A DNA stretch of 64,000 bases from Diadema antillarum (lineage: Eukaryota). Under the pieces are notes generated by a model. The model made no database searches and had not been told where the DNA came from. It saw nothing but the letters and a program-made list of their open reading frames with translations. The stretch spans positions 310,001-374,000 of the forward strand of contig NW_027272820.1 in assembly GCF_040938485.1 (NCBI RefSeq), written 5' to 3'. Below are positions 25,897-38,854 of this stretch, piece after piece. A program made the position numbers and the translations under genes. Position 1 is the stretch's first letter. Every line of letters begins with the position of its first letter.

Positions 25897-27387
25897 TATT
25901 TGCATTTAAACCTGGCCTTTGACCCTTAATCTTTGACCTTTGACCTTCTGGTTGGAAATTTCCCAGAGAATCTCCATTAGGGAATACATGTATATCAGTT
26001 CGGGAAACCCACTCACAAGGGGGGCCCCTCCTTATAAGTAACCCGTCCCCCTTTAAGTAACCCCGTCCCCCTTATAAGTAACCCCCGGGGCACCCCTTAT
26101 AAGGAGTCTCCACGCTTTTTTGCAATGCAACGCGAAAATGAAGGGACTGCGGCAATTCGCTTGATTATGTCCATAAAGCTTCACAAGTTTCCTAGTTACT
26201 CACGAAATTTGAGCAAAATCGGTTCGAGGCATCATATCTAAAATCATGGATTTAAATGCGATGTCAAACGACCCATGCGAATGCTGAAATGCGAGCGATT
26301 ACTGGCGCGAGTGTCGCCAGGCGCGGCGGCGCGGCAATGCTTGAGTGCAGACTGAGTACAGAGACTTTCGTACTCAGTCGCCACGTCTGCACTCAAGCAT
26401 TGCCTCGCCGCCGCGCCTGGCGACACTCACGCCAGTAATCGCTCGCATTTCAGCATTCGCATGGGTCGTTTGACATCGCATTTAAATCCATGATTTTAGA
26501 TATGATGCCTCGAACCGATTTTGCTCAGATTTCGTGAGTAACTAGGAAACTTGTGAAGCTTTATGGACATAATCAAGCGAATTGCCGCAGTCCTTTCATT
26601 TTCGCGTTGCATTGCAAAAAAGCGTGGAGACTCCTTATAAGGGGTGCCCCGGGGGTTACTTATAAGGGGGACGGGGTTACTTATAAGGGGGACGGGTTAC
26701 TTATAAGGAGGGACCCCCCTTGTGAGTGGGTTTCCTGAACTGATATATCAAGTTTTAGTTTTAAAAATAATAATGCAAGCATTGCATATAAAAGTATATG
26801 AGGAAAATAATAAAATTTTGAGGAGTTGACCTTGACCCCCTGACTATTGACCCATGACCCCTAAATTACCTAGATAATCCCTGCCAGTCAGTGCATGCAT
26901 ATGTACCAAGTTCCATGAAGAGACATCGAACCATTTGCGAGAAAAGTGAAATTGTAACAATTTCACCTGACCTTTGACCTTTTGACCTTTGACCTTATGA
27001 CATGAAACTCTCCCTGGAGAATCTTTATGCAGTAGTACATGTCTACATAAAGTTTCAAGAAAATACCTCTTGCCAATGTCACTAAAATCTACTCAACTAA
27101 TTGCCCCATCATAAATCTTCCTTGGACCAAGTTTGGTGAAAGCTGCTTGAACCACTCTTGAGTTATCACGTAAACAGATGCAATTTCATGATTTGACCTT
27201 GACCTTTGACCTTTGGCCGATTTCACCCAAAATCTAATCAAATAATTGCCCCATCACACTTTATACTTGGACCAAGTTTGGTAAAATTCCAGTCAATATT
27301 ACTCAAGTTATCGCGTAAACAAAAGTGGACGAACGTACGGACGTACAGACGTACGTACGGACGGACGGACAACCCGAAAACATAATG
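25266..27387 (+). mobile_element. HINE-like element, copy 4 (duplicated 5' end, foldback insertion, 3' end replaced)
   Basis: 5' motif at 25266 and again at ~25552; GACG microsatellite at ~27325-27370; similarity breaks after CATAATG at 27387. Confidence 0.6.
25995..26743. mobile_element. 749-bp foldback element (almost entirely inverted repeat)
   Basis: TATA|TCAGTTC ... GAACTGA|TATA; ~365-bp arms with few mismatches; central loop ~10 nt; tandem CCCCTTATAAGTAA subrepeats in the arms. Confidence 0.9.
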
Positions 27388-29885
27388 GGCCAAATGCATA
27401 AACGCTAGCAATTGCTTGTGCTAGCCATTCACTCGAATCCGTATGCATAAAAACAAGCAATTGCTTGCGAGCAGAGGCTTTTGCTAGCAAGCACAAGCAA
27501 TTGCGGTTTTTATAGACATAGAGCAGTCCGGGAAACCCGCTCATGAGGACCGCTCCTGCGTACGAGGACTGCCACGCCTCATGAGGACCGCCCCCATGCC
27601 TCATGAGGCCCGGGGGGGGGGGGGGGGGGGGGAACGCCTCATGAGGCCCCCTATTCACTTCTATTCATTCATCTCACATCTGACGTATAAATTGTCGCAA
27701 CTTTGCACAGTGATTTTTTGTTACACACACATGTCCACTATCCATGATGAAAAGAAGAAAAAATCCTATCTGTTTTTTTTTTTTTAAAAACGTGTTTTAA
27801 TGGGCGCTCTGCATCGGTTGATTAAAACTCGATTTTTGTTAGGTAGGGTTAGGTAGGGTTGTATTATATTTTATGGTCAAATTGGCCGTTAAATTAGTCG
27901 AGGGACATCGATTAGGGAGTCCTTCTGAGAAGAAAGGGAGGACGAAAGATGCTAAGCTGTGGAAATCGGCCCCACAGCTGTATCAATTTTGCGTAAACGC
28001 CGTTTGGTGGGGTCGCATTCACGAGTATACTGTGGAAACACTGGAACAGTGGAAGGAAGCCCCATCGCCGTGCTTACCGTATAAATTACCTACTGTACCG
28101 ATGAACGCCACACGGTAGGGCTGAATAAGCCTTTTCGCAGTTGTAACTGCGCATGCGCGAGAAAATCGGGTTTGGAGATAAATTAACCAAACAGTCAATG
28201 CGTGCGCGGCTCGGGCCGGGCGATCGAATCGACAGGTGATTCGTGAATGCATTGTGGATGTTGGCGGACCAACGAACGGTAATTTTTGCCGACATTCTGT
28301 GAATCTTGACTCTAGGCCTTTGATAATCTGTTTATCTATATATTCCTATATTAATGAATCATGTATTTTTTTTTTTTATTATTTTTTTTTTTTTGCGTTG
28401 TGAGATTTTAGACGATCTTCAATCATAGTCAGTTTTAGACTAGGTCCAGGCTAACTGCGACAGCCGTCGCACGAAGCGGCGCGGTCCCCGGGGCTAGGTC
28501 CAGGCTAGGACAGGTAGGCCGGATAACGTGGCTTTCAGACAAAACATCACATATTAAAGATAATGGATGGGACTGTTAGTGTTGTTAAGAATGAGGTTCT
28601 AACTTCTATAAATGGCATAGATTTCTAGGCCTAATGTTGAATATGTTTTCAGGTGCAATATTTATTCATGGTTACGTACAGGCCAGGAACTGATGTTTGA
28701 GATTGCATTAATTGGATTTTTGACAAAAATACTCTTATGTTTGAATTCTGAATTCTGTCGATTTGATTGTTATGTAGACTGTTAGGTCTAGAGCACTCAT
28801 AGAGCACTTACTATACCCAGTAATGGTAAATGACACCACCTTTTCTTCATGAATATTTGCTTCAAATATTTACTCTTTTAAATTACTTTTTGCAAATTCA
28901 AATTCATTGTTAGTTTACATCAATATCAAACATCCAGAAAGTGCTGAAAACATAAGCTAACAGTAACATCCAAATGTTAAAAGAAAAAAAAATTATACCT
29001 ACTTTAATTCCATAGTCACCAAAATGATCCCGTACGGTTTTGGGACTTTTGTACACGAGTGTGCACTCAAACAAATGCCACTGTATTTTACGTTCGTGCC
29101 CGTATAAGGTCATATTACTTGTAATTTGACCTTGTACTTGTAGAAGTGGTCTAGAGAAGACTATAGATCTACGTGTAAACTCAGCCTATAGTATGAGTAT
29201 GACATGTTATTGTAAAACCTTAATTAAATGGGAGTCTTTGGATGAGAGAGCACATTTTTTTGTCACTGTGAGAAAGATGTTGAAGGTGTGAGTGTAAAGT
29301 TGTTATGTTTAATATTGTGTACGGTGTGCGTGTATGTCTTAGCATCTTGTTTACATTTGTGGAGAGTGAGTCATCAGATCTATGTCTAGCGTCAGAGCAT
29401 GAAAGAGGCTTGCAAGTAATATTGCATAACCATGCACAGTGCCTGATTCCCCCATTCTGCGGGGAGCAGTCGATTTGGTTCACAATTCCAATTGTTCTAA
29501 CTTCTCCGCAGGATGGTGGTGGTGGATTTGACAAGCACCGGCATGGTACTGTGCACTGTTTCTTTATGCAACCTACTTTTTGGTCTTTGCTTCCTTCATT
29601 TTTTTTTTAATTGACAGAACCCTTTCCGGTGTAACTATCGAAAATCCTTACATGTTGGTCTATATTGCTATATATTTTTTTGTGTATCGTTATATTTCTT
29701 TCATGTTCAATGCCCAACTAGCTATGCATTAATTCAGTTGGGCCTAGAAGATGATTAATTATGCCTACTTTTGTGTGCTGGGCAGTAGAGCCAGCACATT
29801 TTAGTTTTTACACATAAAGATGGTTTGGATAGATAGTATCGTAAATTATTTTGTTTCCTTTTCTTCCACTTCAGCTCGAATCACC

Positions 29886-31460
29886 ATGAAGCTGTGTGCA
29901 GTTGTCGGCTGTAGCAATGGATCTTATCAGCTGGATAAGTGGAAGCAGGGAAAATGCTCCAAGCATCAAACTTTCAATGGACTAGGGTGTTGTGATTGTG
30001 ATCCTCCATTTCATCTCTTCCCATTTCCCACTGAGAAGCAAGATCAAGATGGCAGAAGGCGATGGAATAAGCTTATGAACCAAAAGGATCAATCAACTGG
30101 TAAAAACTGGATAAACAAACCTCATGATAGAGTGTGTTCGAAACATTTCCCGGATGGGAAACCAACCTTGGCGCATCCTGATCCTGTACTTCATCTTGGA
30201 TACAAACTTTCACCGCAAATAGCACCAAAGCGTGCACCACCAAGAGATCGTGAAGAGCCAACCAAATCTAGGAAAAGAGTTTGCCGTACTCCCACTACAT
30301 CTTCAACACCAAGTCCATCTATTGGCATGGCTGCTTCAGTGAAGGTTGAAGAGGATCACAGGTACACTTACAAGTGTGATTGCAAGCCTAGTTGTGATTG
30401 TGTAGGCTGCATCCAAAAACAGGCAAAAATTATTTCTCTTGAACACAGAGTCAAGGAGTTACAACACAAATTAATTTCAAGACAAACTGAAAACAAAGGA
30501 CCAAAGAGCTGCAGAAAGAAACTTATATGTGCAGAGAACATAAGTACTGACAAAGATGTTAACCATTGTACAGGTATCAGCTCCAAACAAGCATTTGAGG
30601 ACATGTACAAATTTGTAGAGCCTCATGCAAAGACAATGAGCTACTGGAAGAGTGCTAAATGTAGCAGGAAAGGCCGTCCATTCAAGGGTACCCCAAAGAA
30701 ATCTGGTCCAAGGAGAAAATTGCAACTCAAGGATGAATTTCTACTTGTTCTGATGCGTCTTCGATTAGACTTGACTGTCCAGTTTCTAGCATTGCTGTTT
30801 GGAATTGTATCCAGCACATGCTCCCAGATAATTACAACTTGGTTAAGGTTCCTTGCAATGACCCTAAAACCTCTGATTGTGTGGCCAAACAGATCATCCA
30901 TCTCTCTTAATATGCCCATACAATTTAGGAAGCACTGCCGGAACATTAGATCCATAATTGACTGCACGGAAATATTCATTGAGAGGCCACGATCACTTGA
31001 CCTGCAGGCATCAACTTGGTCAGATTATAAGAAACATAATACCATTAAAGTATTAGTTGGGATCACGCCAAATGGGCATATTTCCTTCTTGTCAAAAGCC
31101 TACGGAGGAAGAGCATCTGATGTTGCAATCTTCAGAGAAAGTGGGTTTCTAAGCCTCCTAGACCCAAATGATGTTGTAATGGCCGATAGGGGATTTCCAA
31201 TACAGGAAGAATTACTCTTGCACCATGCTACGCTTGAAATACCACCAGCTGCACAAGGCAAGCGTCAGATGACAAGGAGTAAAGTGCAAAAGACAAAAGT
31301 TATTGCCAATCTTAGAATTCATGTGGAGAGAGCAATTAATCGTTTGAAAGATTTTAAAATCTTAAACAACACAATGCCTCTCACACTTGTACCCAGCGCA
31401 GATGATATATTGATTGTATGTGCAGCTCTAGTTAATCTGCAACCAGATCTTATTAAGTGA
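29886..31460 (+). CDS. THAP-domain, DDE_Tnp_4-type transposase (524 aa from MKLCAVVGC)
   Basis: THAP C2CH (CAVVGC...FPFP...W...VCSKHF); HTH-like LLVLMRLR region; catalytic IDCTE, ADRGF, RIHVERAINRLK; uninterrupted; ATG follows a splice acceptor. Confidence 0.9.
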   Translation: MKLCAVVGCSNGSYQLDKWKQGKCSKHQTFNGLGCCDCDPPFHLFPFPTEKQDQDGRRRWNKLMNQKDQSTGKNWINKPHDRVCSKHFPDGKPTLAHPDPVLHLGYKLSPQIAPKRAPPRDREEPTKSRKRVCRTPTTSSTPSPSIGMAASVKVEEDHRYTYKCDCKPSCDCVGCIQKQAKIISLEHRVKELQHKLISRQTENKGPKSCRKKLICAENISTDKDVNHCTGISSKQAFEDMYKFVEPHAKTMSYWKSAKCSRKGRPFKGTPKKSGPRRKLQLKDEFLLVLMRLRLDLTVQFLALLFGIVSSTCSQIITTWLRFLAMTLKPLIVWPNRSSISLNMPIQFRKHCRNIRSIIDCTEIFIERPRSLDLQASTWSDYKKHNTIKVLVGITPNGHISFLSKAYGGRASDVAIFRESGFLSLLDPNDVVMADRGFPIQEELLLHHATLEIPPAAQGKRQMTRSKVQKTKVIANLRIHVERAINRLKDFKILNNTMPLTLVPSADDILIVCAALVNLQPDLIK

Positions 31461-32359
31461 TGTTCAGGTGGACTACAAACTTTTGTGGTAGTTTTATGTC
31501 ATGACTATGATTCAAAATATTTTTGTGAGGTCAAATAACTGAAAAAAAATTGTAATGGAAAAGATGTACATATATATCCAAAACAGAGTAAAGTTTCAAT
31601 TCTTCAAAGTGATGTCTTACTGCTTTTGTACTTAAAAAAAAAAATTACATATACTACAAAGTATTTCTTCGAAAATATTTTCTTTCATATCCTTTTCCCC
31701 CCTCTCGTGCTTTGAAAGAGACAGCAAAACAACACAGTGGTGGATCCAGGCAGGGGACAAAGTTGATGCGCGCTCCCTCTGTAATTTTAAGCCACAAGAT
31801 AGTTATGGTAAATTGCAAAAATTGAATGAAATCAAATTTTTTTATAAATGTGCTATTTTGTGGTGCTGGGTGAATAATTTTAATGCTTTGTTAAATCATT
31901 TTCAAAAGAAAATACCGAAAACTTTGGAAATATTGAATTGTTCCCATATAGGTATTGTATGTACTACATGTAGGGTCCTATAGTGATATTTTGCCATTTG
32001 TCATAATTATAAATGAAAATATGTTGTACAAAATGATTGCAAGTACTAGTAGGTTTGTGTTTTGGGACAAAATCCAGCACTTTCTGTAGATCAAGTAAAA
32101 AATTTTTGAATTCACCAAAACATTGAATGTGTACACTAATATAGCTAAATCTAATTGTCATTTTGTGCCAATTTTATATTTGCTCTTTGTGCCCCCACTC
32201 ATTCCAAATCCTGGCTTGTGTAATAGAATCAATGCTCAATCCATTCTAAATTTCATCTCACATTGTCTTAGGTGCTGTTGATGTAATGCACCTAACATTG
32301 CTTTTAGGTGCTAAATGGTTTCTAATGTGTTTATCATTTAACTTTGACCAATTGTTATA

Positions 32360-32911
32360 CAGGGTGGCCCAGAAAAAATGGCCTAACCTATTTCCCACGG
32401 ATTGTTTTTGCAATGAATGGTATCAGTGGATGAGGTAACGTCTTCTGAGAAAAATGACACCAAGATCAGAAAATTTGGTTCAGCAGTTTTCATTTAATAG
32501 TACATTGTGTGGGGCAAAGTCACGCCTTACAATTGTTCTCTTGTCGGCTACCCCTGAACTGAAAATGGTGGAAATCCGGGCGTACCACAGCTAGAAAGAG
32601 TAATCAGATTAAGTTGATCAATTCTTACGAGTAGTCTCTAGTCAATACAATTTATCAACTGAATCAGATTACCCTAAACAACTGTGGTACGCTCAAATAT
32701 CCACTATTTTCAGTTTAGGGTTAGCCGACGAGAAAATTTTTAGGGCTCGACATTACCTGACAAAATGTACTAGAAAATGAAAACTACTCAACCAAATTTG
32801 CTCATCTTGGTGTCACTTTTCTAATCAGATGTTACCTTATCCACTGATACCATTCATTGCAAAAACAATCCGTGGAAAATAGGTTAGGCCGTTTTTTTCT
32901 GGGCCGCCCTG
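32360..32911. mobile_element. Tc1/mariner-type MITE inside ISL2EU
   Basis: TA|CAGGGTGGCCCAG ... CTGGGCCGCCCTG|TA; inverted arms longer than 100 bp. Confidence 0.85.
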
Positions 32912-33239
32912 TATAGTAAATAAAGAAGCTTTAATAGGAGTGAACTGTAATTTGTTAAACAAATTTCGGCATTACTCTCATGTGGTGAAGGTCGCATGTT
33001 CGATCTGTAATGAATATCGCAAGTCACCAAGTCACAAAAAAACTGGAAGTGGGATTCAAACCTGCCATCTACTGCATGCAGGGCAGGAACTTGCCCACCA
33101 GGCTGTTCTGGTTCAAGGCCAAGTCACAATCTTCGGCACGTGGGAGTAATGCTGAACACTTGTTTGAAAATTATTGTAATATTCAGGCGCGGTTCTACGG
33201 GGAAGAGGGGGGCTTAATTGTACATTATATGTCAGTATA

Positions 33240-33427
33240 CAGGGAAACCCCGTTATAACGAGCTCGGATATAGCGAGATATCGCTTTCAACGAGGAGATT
33301 TTACTGGTCCCATTTTCATTTGCACATATCAAAATGCTACAAAAATGCATACGTTTATAACGAGGTACCGGTTATAACGAGGAAAAATTGGCGGTCCCTT
33401 GGACCTCGTTATAACGGGGTTTCCCTG
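33240..33427. mobile_element. pogo/Tigger-type MITE inside ISL2EU
   Basis: TA|CAGGGAAACCCCGTTATAACGAG ... CTCGTTATAACGGGGTTTCCCTG|TA. Confidence 0.85.
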
Positions 33428-35477
33428 TATAATGATTATAATCTTTGGCTCTAGGTCCGCACTTGGTAATACATGTATGTATCTTGTGATTCCATGACTA
33501 CTGAGAGTCTGTACAGAAATTTATACAAATGAAACAAAATGTAATTCAGTTACATGTTCAGGTGTTTTGTTTTATTAGAAGTGAGCCAGTCTTCAATGCA
33601 TTGAAGCTCAGACATTGAGGAGGTAGATCTTTTTCTGTATACATAAGTACACCCGATAAAATTTAGTAAAACACATAACCTTAATGCCCGCTGAACACTA
33701 CACGATGGTCTTCAGCCATGAAGTAACATGAAATTGCATACATTTTCTGCACAGTGGGTCAATGGCCAGTCTTAAAAAATTTGACATGTCAAATCCTTAA
33801 GACTGGTCTTAAGACCGAGTCTTAAGACTGGAGACTGACAAGGTTGTGACGTCACACTTCTGGTCTTAAGACCGGTGAATCTTGGCAATAGTACGCGGTG
33901 GGCTTTAGTTACAATTTGATGAAAAACCTGATAACCTTTACCATCATTTTAAAGGTTTTAAACTTTGTTACAGGCTACTAGTCTTGTACATTAAAGTTTG
34001 TTGCTTTAATTATATCTAGGGAGCACACAGGTCTAGTACTGATACTGGATGGAAATAAATTAAGAATGAAGAATACACACACATTTACCTACATGTACAT
34101 GTAGGTGTAATACTGACATTGTATTGAAACAGCTATCAAGAATGCAGAGAAATTACATGTACATGTAACCTCATAGATCACTCATGATTTTCCCAGTCTA
34201 CTTGTTTTGTCACGTTTATCCCACCATCACTTGTGCTTGCACATTGAGTAATTCCCTTTAAAAATGGTTACATGAATGATGAATTTGAATGTAAAGAACT
34301 ATTTGAAAGATGTTTTTTTTAATATGGCCATGTCATTAAAAGAGAATGAATATGCACCTGTATTTGAGTCTTCAAATTCTTATGTGCTGTACTTACACAA
34401 GTTATCTTTTAAAGTCATAAGTAGCTGCCTGCAGTAATAGAGTGAAAGGGTTGAGAGGGTGAAGAATGCATGAGAGAGATTGAGAGAGCACTAAAAAAAA
34501 GTGAGAAAAGGGGGAGGTGGGGGGGGGGGAGAGGTAGAACAGTACACGAATACGTGCAGTCAACCTCGCTGAAATTGAATACAAATGAACAAGAAAAAAA
34601 TCCTTTCACAAATGTTGCTTTACACAATGAAATAAATACTGGTTTACACCTATCTGAACCAGAATTTTTCTTTGACTTATACGATTATTCGAGTTGTGTG
34701 AAGATTCGGAGTAGCATCTCTTAAATTCCATATCTCAGACTAGCGTCTATTAAATTCCATATTAAAGCAAATACATCGTTCTCATCAGGGTCATTGTGAA
34801 TAACTCTTGAAGCATAAAAAATGGCAAGCATAATTGCATTTTGATATTAATAATCTATGAGAAAAGAGTGTGAATCTGTATGCAGTCATTTAGGCAAGGC
34901 ACAGGTATTTCCCAGTGATGTACATGTACATGTATGTAAGTACATGTACATGTAGTAGCAGGTATAGCAATGACGATTTTTGTTTCCTTGAACAGTGCAA
35001 ACTCACAATATGCTTACGACCAATAAAATTACCTCGATATTTCAAGTTCACGTATCTTTTCATTTCATCTATGAATAAAATCAGAAAATTAATGATACTA
35101 GCAAAAATATCTTAAAGATAGAGACATTTGCAGCCTAAAACCTGATATGTTCATACACCTTGAAAAGTCACAAAACTTTGCATGAATAAATGTTAACTCT
35201 TCTCAAAATGTGTGTGAAATCTTAGAATCATACCTTTAATACAATATTTGTAAAGTATGAAAACTAATCAACTAGTGTCGCCTGATATCGCAATATACAT
35301 TTTAACCAGATAAAATTTAAAATGATGAGACTTTGTCATGTCCCCTTGAACTAGCTCAGACAAAATATTACAAAGTACTAATTCAAGGTTCTAGATTGAT
35401 AACTGCTTTATGTGAAAGACATAAATAACCGAAGAAATCTCACATTTTAGGCTGCAAATGTCTCTGTCTGCCATTAA

Positions 35478-35782
35478 CCCTTTATGCGTTACGTTCGCAA
35501 TTTTGCACAATTGTCATGAAATTCAAAGGCAGGAAGTACTGCTCATTGTTCTGGGAATGAACAATCGAAAAAATCAATACCTTTCTCCCAAGGTGCTGGG
35601 TCTGTTGGGGGACCAATTCAATGCACTATTAACCCTCTCATTACCATAGGCATGTAGATGTCTAGTAAGTCAATGGAGTTTGCAAGGTCTGGTACTGAGA
35701 GGGTTAATGTGCTCAGAAAAGTATTTAAGTTCATTTTCTTGGATATCACTCTTTAAGTAATCTTAAAGTAACGCATAAAGAG
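35478..35782. mobile_element. piggyBac-type MITE containing a smaller one
   Basis: TTAA|CCCTTTATGCGTTAC ... GTAACGCATAAAGAG|TTAA. Confidence 0.75.
35633..35703. mobile_element. 71-bp piggyBac-type micro-MITE
   Basis: TTAA|CCCTCTCATTACCA ... TGGTACTGAGAGGG|TTAA. Confidence 0.75.
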
Positions 35783-35930
35783 TTAAGGGGTAAAAGGTAG
35801 TGTGAATGATAAATATTTTCCAGATATTTTAAGTTATATTCCATTCATAGTACTGTCAATATTCAATACAGTTGCTGCACACACTATGCTACGGTTCATG
35901 GCTTTTACTGACAAGTTCAGGGGCAATGTG

Positions 35931-36913
35931 TTAGCAGAAGAATTTCTCGGCCACATCCATCGCTTTGTTCCACATTTCTCTATTAAAAAAAATGCGCTCT
36001 AGATGGAATCCTGATTGGGTGTATACAAAGAAGTCACACCACGTGCGTCCAGTGATCCCCATTTGGCACTGAACTTGATAATAGTACTGGTGATTGTTTT
36101 TCAGTTTTGTTTCTCCATCTACCATGGTGAGATAGTCGAGATTCTCAGCTGTTGGTTCCTCAAAGGCAATGGTCCGAGGACACTTTATCTCTAGGACTCC
36201 AGGCTCATCACAGCACTTACAAGAAACCAATCCATCAGGTGAAGCTCCAAGAAACACCTTGATTGGATGGACGAATAGACCACACTCCTTTACCTGTACA
36301 CTTTGGTGGCCATTTTCTTTTTGGATTGTTTCATATGCATTCCTTGCGATTGGCTCCATTATCCGTCCATACTTCAGATTCGGTAAATTTCGATCAATAG
36401 TAGAACGACCCATCAGTCTTTCTATGATAGGTTTTGTGTCCTGACTTTTGGAAGAACATGGATCATCGAGCGTAGCTTGCCTTGTAATGGCTGATTTCAA
36501 GTTAGATGCTGTTATCATTCCTGCACGAAATTTTGCCCACTGTATATTTTCTGCTTGGCCTCTTGTATGTTCTTCCACGACATTAACTTCCTCCTGTGTA
36601 TACGTAGGCAAACCATTCAGGAACGACTCTACAGTCTCATACCTGCCACCTAAAGTTGTCAGACAGTCGGGATCGACTGAATTCTTTGTTTCAACTTCTA
36701 CCTCTTGTCCCAGATTGAAGTCTACTTCAGGAGAGTAGTTCACAGATGGTGACACATTGTGGCTTTCTTCATCCTGTAAATACTTAAATACTGTTGATCT
36801 CTCACAAGTTGGGTACATGGCATTCGCAAGTTGTCTTGCTGGTGGTATTGCCTTGCTTCCCATTGGGTTGAATAGCCTCTTTACTGCTGTGTTGACTGGC
36901 TGTTTGCGTTTCC
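35931..36913 (-). CDS. ISL2EU ORF2 exon 3: YqaJ / lambda-exonuclease-like domain
   Basis: Acceptor tttttctctaatacag|GG; motifs W..FRAGMITAS, YGRIMEP.AR, ECGLFV, GASPDG, LEIKCP, YYYQVQCQM, WCDFFV; spliced product 612 aa. Confidence 0.9.
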
Positions 36914-37886
36914 CTGTATTAGAGAAAAAAAAATGGAATCAACATTGAACCCCAAAATACATAATAAATAATTTTGATAATTTCCTTCAGAGGCCTTTCA
37001 ACCTAAATATACTTTTTTAAAGTTCATTAAATATCAGAAGTTATTAAACAAGTAGTAAAAATTTACATCCTAGATTCATACTTTATTGTAGTTTTTTGTT
37101 TTCCAATTCTTTTGATAAAACACACGGCTTAAAGCCACTGTTTAACATCGTAACTGATCGATTTAAAAAATTCTAAAACTGTGTAGCCTGACCTCTCTAA
37201 TCATGTTCAGATGGATGAAAAAACAGCCAAGAATGCAAAAATAATGAAAGAAAACCAGTCATTATCAAGATATCTATGAAAGTTGTAGTTATTATCGCTA
37301 GCTATAATAACTCCAGTACTGTAGTCTATGGGGTGATCTTTTAGGTTTTCACTCTTTTGAAGCACTAAATAATAACATTGAAGCCTAATTTTTTCACAGG
37401 TGCATTTTTACACCCCATCACATACTCTGATAGCATGTAGGACCATGCAGCTCAGATTTTTTAAATCTAGAAACTGTTAAACTATGCCTTTAATATACAT
37501 GTACAATAACAAAATATTGGCCTATTTATCGAGGGAGAAAGATAATTCAATTCTAAACAAAAAAGTTACCTTCTATTACTCCTCTCCTTTATCATAAATT
37601 TGGGGTCTAAATCAATTCTTGATCATGCTAACCATCAGGCATCAGGCACTGGCATATTTTCCACTTTTGGTCATATTTCCCGAACCCTGTCCAAACAATA
37701 GAAAGTCAATGGGAGAAATTTATATTTCCCGGACAATTAGGTGGGAAATAAGATTCTGATCGGGAAATATGCCATCCCTCCTAACCATTACTCATAATCC
37801 ATGGATGAATTAATGTAATGATTAAAAAAAAAAGAAAAAAAAGGGGGGGGGGGGGGTATTGAAAATAGGAAGTAAAGTATGCTTAC

Positions 37887-38089
37887 TTTTGTTTCCATAG
37901 CTTGGTTTCACCCACTGCATCTCACACACTGGCTTGCCATGAAGAACTGCAGCTGCACCCCCACTGTACACATTCCAACTGCAGACTTTCGATGTGCATG
38001 GTAGATGTCGATTTTGCGACACTCCAGTCATGAAGGCATGATCCAACTTGAAAACCAGTGCAGCAACATGGTTGCATGAAGATCCCAGA
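37887..38089 (-). CDS. ISL2EU ORF2 exon 2: completes the SWIM finger
   Basis: Acceptor ttctacag|T, donor A|gtaag; phases match both neighbours; spliced sequence CSCFAGLGSSCNH fits CxC...CxH. Confidence 0.8.
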
Positions 38090-38854
38090 CTGTAGAAAGT
38101 AGAATACAAATCATAATGTAATTAACATATATAGACAACAATATAATAATAGTTTTAAACTTCAAAACGGAGGTATCATCCTACTCTTACCCAGTCGGGG
38201 AGCCATTGGTATGAGCTGTGCAAATTTACGTGTCATGCAGTTTCTATAGTTGGAGACAGAAATGAACATTATCGAACTTGTGGAAAATATTGTCCTGTAC
38301 ACCCTAGTGATAAAATATCCTTTTTTTCATCCCACTCCTTCAATTGGATACATGTTACATGTAGACTCTATATCTTGATGATGTGCTTCACATCATGCTG
38401 ATCACTGATCTTGTTCATATTTTATTAAAATATACTAGATCTCGACTCGAGGGATTAGCACTGGCGGACCCCCCCCCCCCCCCAAATTAAATAAATCAAT
38501 CTGTCAGATAGAGGGCAGTGCTGAAATTTGTGTTGGCCATAGAGTTACATGGTGTTTGCAGGAGTGTGTGTAAGTTGCTTATTCAATTGGATAGGAGAAA
38601 AAAATACAGTGCGCTCATCAAAACCTAAATTTTCCACAACTGGACGCAAGAAGAGACAAGGTAAGTATTTTGGGTTTTTAAATCAAACGGTTCATTTAGA
38701 TGCCCATTTGTACGGCACATAGATCTAGACCTAAGTCACCTAGTCCCAAACAATATAGTCTACCTTCGTATTAACTATTATTCAGCAATTTACTAGAGTC
38801 TAAGTGCAAGTTTATCTGGCAACAACATCATTGCATAATTTGTGTGATTCTTAC

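Noticed and set aside
26244-26438. Mirror-image ORFs on both strands
   Set aside because: Consequence of the foldback palindrome
28236-28250. GCATTCACGA (minus strand) inside the ISL2EU left end matching the target motif at 28015, as a possible guide
   Set aside because: A 10-bp match is plausible by chance given the many candidates; no RNA scaffold seen
34600-34830. Protein-like minus-strand text (IHNDPDENDVFALIWNLID) as a third ISL2EU gene
   Set aside because: Short, interrupted by stops, no splice pattern or motif
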